From contig OY762897.2 of the NCBI GenBank assembly GCA_963666515.2, forward strand, positions 4,160,001 through 4,224,000: DNA of 64,000 bases, in the 5' to 3' direction. Under the pieces are notes generated by a model. It was given only the letters and a program-made list of their open reading frames with translations. It was not told the origin of the DNA and did no database searches. The translations under genes and the position numbers were made by a program. Positions within the stretch are counted from its first letter, which is position 1. Each line of letters begins with the position of its first letter. Of the stretch, positions 57,959 to 64,000 are shown in pieces. The DNA is from Candidatus Binatia bacterium. Lineage in GTDB: Bacteria > Desulfobacterota > Binatia > UBA9968 > JAJDTQ01.

Positions 57959-59752
57959 GTGACGATCCAGCGCTATTCGGTCAATCAACACCCCATCCAG
58001 ACGCTGCTCACCTGGATCGAGTCCGAGGAAATCGCCATCCCCGAGATCCAGCGCCCGTTCGTTTGGAACGCAGCGAAGGTGCGCGATTTCATCGACTCGC
58101 TCTATTTCGGTTATCCGGTCGGTTATCTGATCGCGTGGCGCAATCCGTCGGTTCGGCTGAAAGACGGAAGCGAATCGGCGGGCAAGCGCATCCTGATCGA
58201 CGGCCAGCAGCGAGTAACCGCGCTTCTGGCTGCCATGCTCGGGCGACAGATCGTTGACAAGAATTACAGGAAGGCGCGCATCGCGATTGCGTTCCATCCG
58301 GGCGAGGAACGCTTCGAGGTGACCAATCCTGCCATCCGACGCGACCGGGCATGGCTTGCCGACATCGCCGAGCTGTTCGCACCCGACACGAAACTGCTGC
58401 GGGTTGTCGATGCCTACTGCGACGGCAACGTGGAATCGAACAGGGACGAGATATATGAACGGATCGAACGGCTTCGGGGCATCCTCAACAACTCACTGGG
58501 TCTGATTGATCTCAATGCCGATCTGGACGTCGAGACCGTCTCCGAGATATTCGTCCGTATCAACTCGCAGGGGGTAGCGTTGAACGCAGCCGACTTCGCC
58601 ATGTCGAAGATGGCGGCCAACGAACGGTACAACGGCCACCAGCTCCGCAAGTGCATCGACTACTTCTGTCACCTCGCCGTGGCGCCCGAAGCCTACGACG
58701 ATCTGGCGCAAGACGGCGAATTCGCCCGGACGAGTCACTTCCGGGCCATGGAGTGGTTGAAGCACGAGAAGGAGGACCTATACGACCCCTCCTACACCGA
58801 CATGCTCCGCGTGGCGTTCACAGCGGAGTTCGGCCGCGGGCGCCTCGATGACCTCGTGGCCTTGCTCTCCGGCCGAAATTTTGAGACCCGCGAGTTCGAG
58901 GAGGCGATCGTCGAAGAATCATTCCGCAGGCTCGAAGCGGCGATCTTGCGCTTCATGAAGGAGACGGACTTCAAGCGCTTCGTCATGATTCTGCGCTCGG
59001 CGGGGTTCGTGAATGCGTCGATGATCAGGTCGCAGAATACCGTCAACTTCGCCTACATCCTCTATCTGACGTTGCGCGCGCAACACACCAGCCCGGCGCT
59101 CATCGAGACGCTGGTCCGACGCTGGTTCGTCATGTCCATTTTGACCGGCCGGTACACCGGCTCGCCCGAGACCGCATTCGGCGTCGACATCCGCAACATC
59201 ACCGAATACAACGCGCAAGACTACCTGGAAACGGTGGAGCGGGCAGATCTGTCGGAGGCTTTCTGGGACGCGGGGCTTCCCCAGCAGATGGACACTTCGG
59301 TGGCCAGCAGTCCCTACTTCAACGTCTTTCTCGCGAGCCAAGTCAACGCGAACGACAAGGGGTTTCTGTCGAAAGAACACACGGTGCATAATCTGCTCGA
59401 AGGCGTCTCCCACGTGCATCACGTCTTTCCTCGGAACTACCTGAAGAAGAACGGCCTGTCGCGCAGCCGATACAACCAGATCGCCAACTACGTCGTGATG
59501 CAGGGCGAGATCAACATCGCCATCGGCGACGCCCCTCCATCGGCGTATTTCGGTGCGCTGTGGCGCCAGTGTGAGAACGGCAAACCGCTCTACGGCGGCA
59601 TCACCGATGTCGACAAGTTGCGTGCGAATCTCGAGGCCCACTGCATACCCCAGGGCATGGAGGCAGCCGGGCTCGGCGAATACGACGGTTTCCTGCGGGA
59701 GCGCAGGCTCCTCATGGCCAGGAAAATACGCGACTACTACAAATCGCTGTAG
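57959..59752 (+). CDS. GmrSD-like protein (DUF262 plus C-terminal HNH-type domain)
   Basis: [21 protein letters not shown]; HVHHVFP...N...N. Confidence 0.87.
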   Translation: MTIQRYSVNQHPIQTLLTWIESEEIAIPEIQRPFVWNAAKVRDFIDSLYFGYPVGYLIAWRNPSVRLKDGSESAGKRILIDGQQRVTALLAAMLGRQIVDKNYRKARIAIAFHPGEERFEVTNPAIRRDRAWLADIAELFAPDTKLLRVVDAYCDGNVESNRDEIYERIERLRGILNNSLGLIDLNADLDVETVSEIFVRINSQGVALNAADFAMSKMAANERYNGHQLRKCIDYFCHLAVAPEAYDDLAQDGEFARTSHFRAMEWLKHEKEDLYDPSYTDMLRVAFTAEFGRGRLDDLVALLSGRNFETREFEEAIVEESFRRLEAAILRFMKETDFKRFVMILRSAGFVNASMIRSQNTVNFAYILYLTLRAQHTSPALIETLVRRWFVMSILTGRYTGSPETAFGVDIRNITEYNAQDYLETVERADLSEAFWDAGLPQQMDTSVASSPYFNVFLASQVNANDKGFLSKEHTVHNLLEGVSHVHHVFPRNYLKKNGLSRSRYNQIANYVVMQGEINIAIGDAPPSAYFGALWRQCENGKPLYGGITDVDKLRANLEAHCIPQGMEAAGLGEYDGFLRERRLLMARKIRDYYKSL

Positions 59753-59803
59753 AGCGGCGTTCCACTGCGGCCGAATTGGCGGGTCGTCCATCGATACGGT
59801 TAA

Positions 59804-59840
59804 CCTTGCAAATCCGGCACGTCATTCCAGAATTGCAAGG
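59804..59840 (-). promoter_or_regulatory. 37-bp CCTTGCAA...TTGCAAGG motif, homolog of 62716..62752
   Basis: Reverse complement matches 62716..62752 at 28/37 ungapped positions. Confidence 0.65.
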
Positions 59841-59936
59841 TTGGCAGTGTTGGTAGGTGAAATGGGGGAGTCGGTCATGGGCCTTGCAAAATGTTGTCCG
59901 TCAGACTAAACTAACCAGACTAAGCTAGGAACGATC

Positions 59937-60182
59937 ATGCGTACCGTCAACATGCACGAAGCCAAGACGCACCTTTCACGTCTCGTTGAGGCTGCCGTCA
60001 ACGGCGAGCCCTTCATCATCGCGCGCGCGGGCAAGCCCGTGGTCAAGGTGATCGCGGTGGAAGCCTCGGGATCCGGGGCGATGCGCCGGATCGGTTTTCT
60101 GGACGGGCAAATAGCGGTGCCGGAAGACTTTGACCGCATGGGTACCACCGAGATCGAGGCGCTGTTCGAGGGCAAGGAGTGA
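59937..60182 (+). CDS. Phd/YefM-family antitoxin
   Basis: VNMHEAKTHLSRLV...GE..II.RAGKP. Confidence 0.92.
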   Translation: MRTVNMHEAKTHLSRLVEAAVNGEPFIIARAGKPVVKVIAVEASGSGAMRRIGFLDGQIAVPEDFDRMGTTEIEALFEGKE

Positions 60183-60565
60183 ATCTCCTCCTGGACACGC
60201 ACGTGTTGCTCTGGGCGGCAGGGGTTTCAGGCCGGTTACCGGACGAGGGGCGCACTCTCCTCGAACAGTTGGAGACGCAGCCGTTCTTCAGCGCCGCGTC
60301 CATCTGGGAAGTGGCCATCAAGAGCGGGATGGGTCGCTCGGATTTCCACGTCGATCCTCATCTACTTCGGCGAGGATTGCTGGAAAACGGTTACACTGAG
60401 TTGGCTGTGACCGGCGCCCATGCGGTAGCCGTGGCTCTGTTGCCGCCACTGCACAAGGATCCTTTTGACCGCATTCTGATTGCCCAGGCACAAGTCGAAG
60501 GGATCACGTTGTTGACGGCTGACGAAGTCGTGGGACGGTACCCTGGCCCGATCCGGGTGCTCTGA
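60179..60565 (+). CDS. vapC: VapC PIN toxin
   Basis: LLDTH.LLW, SIWE..IK, HKDPFDR.LIAQA. Confidence 0.92.
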   Translation: MNLLLDTHVLLWAAGVSGRLPDEGRTLLEQLETQPFFSAASIWEVAIKSGMGRSDFHVDPHLLRRGLLENGYTELAVTGAHAVAVALLPPLHKDPFDRILIAQAQVEGITLLTADEVVGRYPGPIRVL

Positions 60566-60676
60566 CAGGATCCCGCGGGCCTTGGGTTCTCCCACGCTGC
60601 AAGTCCGACTTCATCCACAGATGTAACCAACAGACTCGACCAATAGACCCCTCTCCCCGTCGCCTCCCTTCGGGCT

Positions 60677-62701
60677 ATGAGAACCATCGCCGACACCACC
60701 CGCTTGAGAGACCTCCCCGGACTGGCGGCATCAGTGGCCGGTCCGCTGGTGCTGTACACGCTCACGCTACCCCGCACCGTGGTGCTGGAAGACGACGGCT
60801 TCTTCCTGATGGCCGGCGCTCACCTCGGCATCGCTCACCCGCCCGGCTACCCGCTCTTTACCCTGATCTGCCATCTGTTCATGCAGCTTCCGTTCGGCAC
60901 GCCGGCGTTTCTCGGGCACCTGTCCAGCGCGTTCCTGGGGGCATTGGCCTGCGGAGCGGTGTACGTCTGCGCCCGCCTGCTCGGCGCCTCATGGATACCG
61001 GCGCTGGCCGCGGCTTGGCTGTTCGGCGCCTCGGAGCACGTCTGGTCGCAGGCGATCATCGCCGAGGTTTACACGCTGAACGCGCTGTTGTTCTTCGCCG
61101 TCTATGCGCTGCTGCTCCAGGCTCCGGCGCGGGAGCGGGCGGCCGGAAAGCCGGCGAAGGCGAACGGGTTCTGGGCCGCGGCCGTCTACGGATTGAGCCT
61201 TGCCAACCACTGGCCGCTCATGGGACTGGCAACCCCAGGCCTTGCGCTGGCCGCCCTTCCCTCGTGGCGGGCGATGCCGCGCGGATGGCCTGCGCTCCTG
61301 GCCGGCTTTTCGCTGAGCGCGGCGCTTCCCTACGCCTGGATGGTGTGGCGGTCCTGGCAGGAGCCGGCCACGAGCTTTCTCGGCCCCATCGACAGTTGGA
61401 AATCCTTCGCCGACTACATCGGGCGTAAGGGCTATGCCGGCATCGGTGACGGCCCCAGCGCGGGATGGACGGACCGCCTTGAACTCCTGCAGTGGTTCGG
61501 CAATCAGGTCGTGTGGCAGTTGACGTTCGTGGGTTTCGTTCTCGCGCTGTTGGGTCTGACCATGCTGCTCCGCGAACGGCGGTTCTGCGAAGCCGGTTCC
61601 GGCGTGCTGGTCTTTCTCGGCCAGAGCGTCGCGCTCATGGTCCTGCTGAACTTTGATTTCGACTACTACTTCGTGACGGTCTTTCGCCCGTACTCTCTCG
61701 TGTGCTACGGATTGCTCGCAATCTGGCTGGCTATAGGCTTGCAGTTCGTCACGGACCGCCTCGCCACGAAGATATTACGGGCGGCGTGGCTCCGCGCAGC
61801 CGTAGCGGCATTGGCGGGTCTGGGGATGACCGTCTGGTCCGTCCAGTCACACTGGGAGATCAACAATCGCGCCGGCAGCGACGTCGCGGCGCGTCACGCG
61901 AACCTGCTGTTCGATCTCCTGCCCGAGAACGCAACACTGCTGGTCTCCGGCGATCTCGAGACCCCGACGCTCGGCTACTACCGGTTCGTCGAGAAACGCC
62001 GCCCGGACATCACCCTCATCAACACGAACGGCCTGATCTACGGCAACCGCCTGTTCCCGTCAGGCACGACCGAGGCCGAGCGCGAGGCCATCTTGCGGGC
62101 ATTCGTGGATGAACCCGGCAGGCAGGTCTTCCTGCTATCCGGCAGTCCGCCCTGTGAACAGTGCACCACCCGCTGGTACGGGCCGTTCAGGGAAGCCATC
62201 CAGGGCGCCTCCGGGACAATCGAAGTGCGCCCTGTTCCCGAGGTCGAGCAGTACTTCAAGGAAGCCGTGGAACGGCGGGTTCTCGATGCCTGGGAGTACC
62301 TGTATCTGAGCCGGTTCCTCTGGGACTACGGGAACTATCTCGGGTTCATGGTGGTGTCGAACCACCCTGACCTGATGGAAGTGGTGGACCGCATGCAGCC
62401 CTACGCGGAGCGGAACCATCACAGCCTGACCGGGATGATCGAGGTCCTGTTGAAGTACTGGAATCCGGAGCATGCGCAACGCGCAGCAGCCTTGCTGGAC
62501 AAGGCCGAACGCCTGCTTGCCGGCGCGCGGCTCACGACCTTTCAGAAGGGCCGATTCTACTACCTGAAGGGACGTTTGAAGTTGTTGCAGGGCGACGAGC
62601 AGGCGGCCGTGAAGTCCTATCGCCGTTCACGCGACCTCTATCCGCATCCCGAGAGGAACGACGCTCTCCGAGCCCTGGAACGGCTCCAGCGGGTACAATG
62701 A
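60677..62701 (+). CDS. DUF2723 (TMEM260-like) GT-C membrane glycosyltransferase with TPR-like tail
   Basis: D.G.F.....LGIAHPPGYPL, WSQAIIAEVYTLN, GLSLANH; many TM helices. Confidence 0.85.
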   Translation: MRTIADTTRLRDLPGLAASVAGPLVLYTLTLPRTVVLEDDGFFLMAGAHLGIAHPPGYPLFTLICHLFMQLPFGTPAFLGHLSSAFLGALACGAVYVCARLLGASWIPALAAAWLFGASEHVWSQAIIAEVYTLNALLFFAVYALLLQAPARERAAGKPAKANGFWAAAVYGLSLANHWPLMGLATPGLALAALPSWRAMPRGWPALLAGFSLSAALPYAWMVWRSWQEPATSFLGPIDSWKSFADYIGRKGYAGIGDGPSAGWTDRLELLQWFGNQVVWQLTFVGFVLALLGLTMLLRERRFCEAGSGVLVFLGQSVALMVLLNFDFDYYFVTVFRPYSLVCYGLLAIWLAIGLQFVTDRLATKILRAAWLRAAVAALAGLGMTVWSVQSHWEINNRAGSDVAARHANLLFDLLPENATLLVSGDLETPTLGYYRFVEKRRPDITLINTNGLIYGNRLFPSGTTEAEREAILRAFVDEPGRQVFLLSGSPPCEQCTTRWYGPFREAIQGASGTIEVRPVPEVEQYFKEAVERRVLDAWEYLYLSRFLWDYGNYLGFMVVSNHPDLMEVVDRMQPYAERNHHSLTGMIEVLLKYWNPEHAQRAAALLDKAERLLAGARLTTFQKGRFYYLKGRLKLLQGDEQAAVKSYRRSRDLYPHPERNDALRALERLQRVQ

Positions 62702-62752
62702 ACTCTGTGCAGTATCCTTGTATTTCTGGAACTGTGTGCCACAATTGCAAGG

Positions 62753-62872
62753 ATGATTGACCGAAGGATGTTGGTCGATCTGCAGTTCGTGCGCCGTCTG
62801 CCTCCCTACCATGCCAACGTGCGCAAGCGCCTCGTCAAGTCACCCAAGGTCTATCGGACTGTCGCTCGGTAG
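62753..62872 (+). pseudogene. Internally deleted AAA-DUF4143 gene remnant
   Basis: MIDR start fused directly to LVDLQFVRRLPPYHANVRKRLVKSPKVY, a DUF4143 signature; SGIL follows out of frame. Confidence 0.72.
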
Positions 62873-62947
62873 CGGCATCCTTCAAGCGCGGACGAATCAC
62901 CACTGGACCGGCACACAGAGGTAGCAGTCTCAGGGAGGGACCTTGCC

Positions 62948-63886
62948 ATGAATACACGACGCTACCAGCTCCGCATCAGTGGCCTTAACGAATCTGAAGG
63001 TCAGATCAGGGCGGTAACCCTTGAGCGTGTCGTCTCCGCTTTGCGGGCAACCGCAGAACGCACAACACGTTTGCTCGCTACTGGCAAGAGTAGTGAAAAG
63101 GGACCAAAGCCTAGATGGCTCGACGCCACCACCGACTTCACCATCACTGGCTTGAAGGCAGGCTCCACGACGCTGGAGATGGAGGCGCCTCGCCTTGGCG
63201 CGACAGCTCGAGAGGCATTCGCTCAGCAGGAATTCTGGCGCAAGACGCCGAGCCTTCAAGACACTGCTCTCGACCTCGCTGCCTTCGCAATCGAAGAAGT
63301 TGGTGCTGATAACCCCTCTGGGGACCGTTTCGACACCGCCGTTATCCAAGCGATCCTTAGGTTTGGGAGCGCAGCAGTCGGAGGCGTCTCCTATGAGCTG
63401 AACCCAAAAGGTCGCGCAGGGGGACACTTTGTCCTGGACCAAGAGACACGGAATCGAGCCGCGGGCCAGTTGAAAAGGATTCCGAAGCCGAAAGCCTTCA
63501 TTGTAAGCGGCAGACTGGATGAAATTTGCCACGGGAGCGCACGATTTTGTCTTGTAACGAGTCAGAACATGCGTCTTCTTGGATGCCTGGACACTACCCA
63601 ACTGGACACAGAATCGCTGCGTCCCCTGTGGGGAAAACAGACTACGGTGGAAGGGATGGTTCATTTCAAGGCGAATGGCCAACCGCGGTTGATCCAGGCG
63701 CGCCGGATAAGTGGGCAGTTGGAAGGAGACAGCCTTTTCGAGGAAATGCCACTACTGGCAATTCCGGAGCCTCATAGGCTCCATAAGGCCCGGCGCGGAC
63801 CAACCTCGTCTTTCGATCCGATAGATCTCGCCGGTGCGTGGCCCGGTGATGAGTCGATTGAGGATCTGATGGCCGAGCTCGACTGA
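62948..63886 (+). CDS. Hypothetical protein upstream of a PIN gene
   Basis: GGAGG RBS, 312-aa ORF, acidic tail AWPGDESIEDLMAELD. Confidence 0.75.
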   Translation: MNTRRYQLRISGLNESEGQIRAVTLERVVSALRATAERTTRLLATGKSSEKGPKPRWLDATTDFTITGLKAGSTTLEMEAPRLGATAREAFAQQEFWRKTPSLQDTALDLAAFAIEEVGADNPSGDRFDTAVIQAILRFGSAAVGGVSYELNPKGRAGGHFVLDQETRNRAAGQLKRIPKPKAFIVSGRLDEICHGSARFCLVTSQNMRLLGCLDTTQLDTESLRPLWGKQTTVEGMVHFKANGQPRLIQARRISGQLEGDSLFEEMPLLAIPEPHRLHKARRGPTSSFDPIDLAGAWPGDESIEDLMAELD

Positions 63887-63904
63887 ACCTTCTCCCATGA
63901 CGCG

Positions 63905-64000
63905 ATGACGCGTTTCCTCCTCGACACCAGCATGCTGCTCGGCTTTATCCGTGAAGCGCCGTGGGCTCTCCGCGCGCGTACGGAGTACGATCTGGCAGAT
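63905..64000 (+). CDS. PIN-domain protein (5' part, runs off window)
   Basis: MTRFLLDTSMLL.. PIN N-terminal motif. Confidence 0.65.
   Translation, partial: MTRFLLDTSMLLGFIREAPWALRARTEYDLAD

Overview
A high-GC bacterial chromosomal window. Its gene content (many Rieske oxygenases and molybdo-hydroxylases, AAA/DUF4143 ATPases, dense toxin-antitoxin modules, REP-like palindromes) resembles uncultured host-associated Deltaproteobacteria/Binatia, but that assignment is inference only. The core and metabolic backbone comprises a Rieske dioxygenase alpha-beta-alpha cluster, tRNA-Thr(CGT), thiS-thiG-thiE, holA, two xanthine/CO-dehydrogenase-family clusters, a classical menaquinone gene set (menFDHBACE), TPP-dependent E1 alpha/beta, nth, a CoA-transferase, a cupin + EutA-like pair and an HmgA-like dioxygenase. 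Defence and accessory genes are interleaved singly between these: McrBC, GmrSD-like, Fic, about six TA pairs or remnants, three intact AAA ATPases plus decayed remnants, and an HNH-like gene split by one of two head-to-head IS1380 copies. The most unusual non-coding signals are (i) distinct, exactly phased repeat arrays or palindromic motifs in front of the AAA-DUF4143 ATPase/nuclease genes and their remnants, and (ii) a 194-bp MITE inserted with a 4-bp TSD into the loop of a REP hairpin while itself carrying a REP doublet. No CRISPR array, rRNA or integrase was seen. All annotations come from motif reading by eye; no database searches were run.
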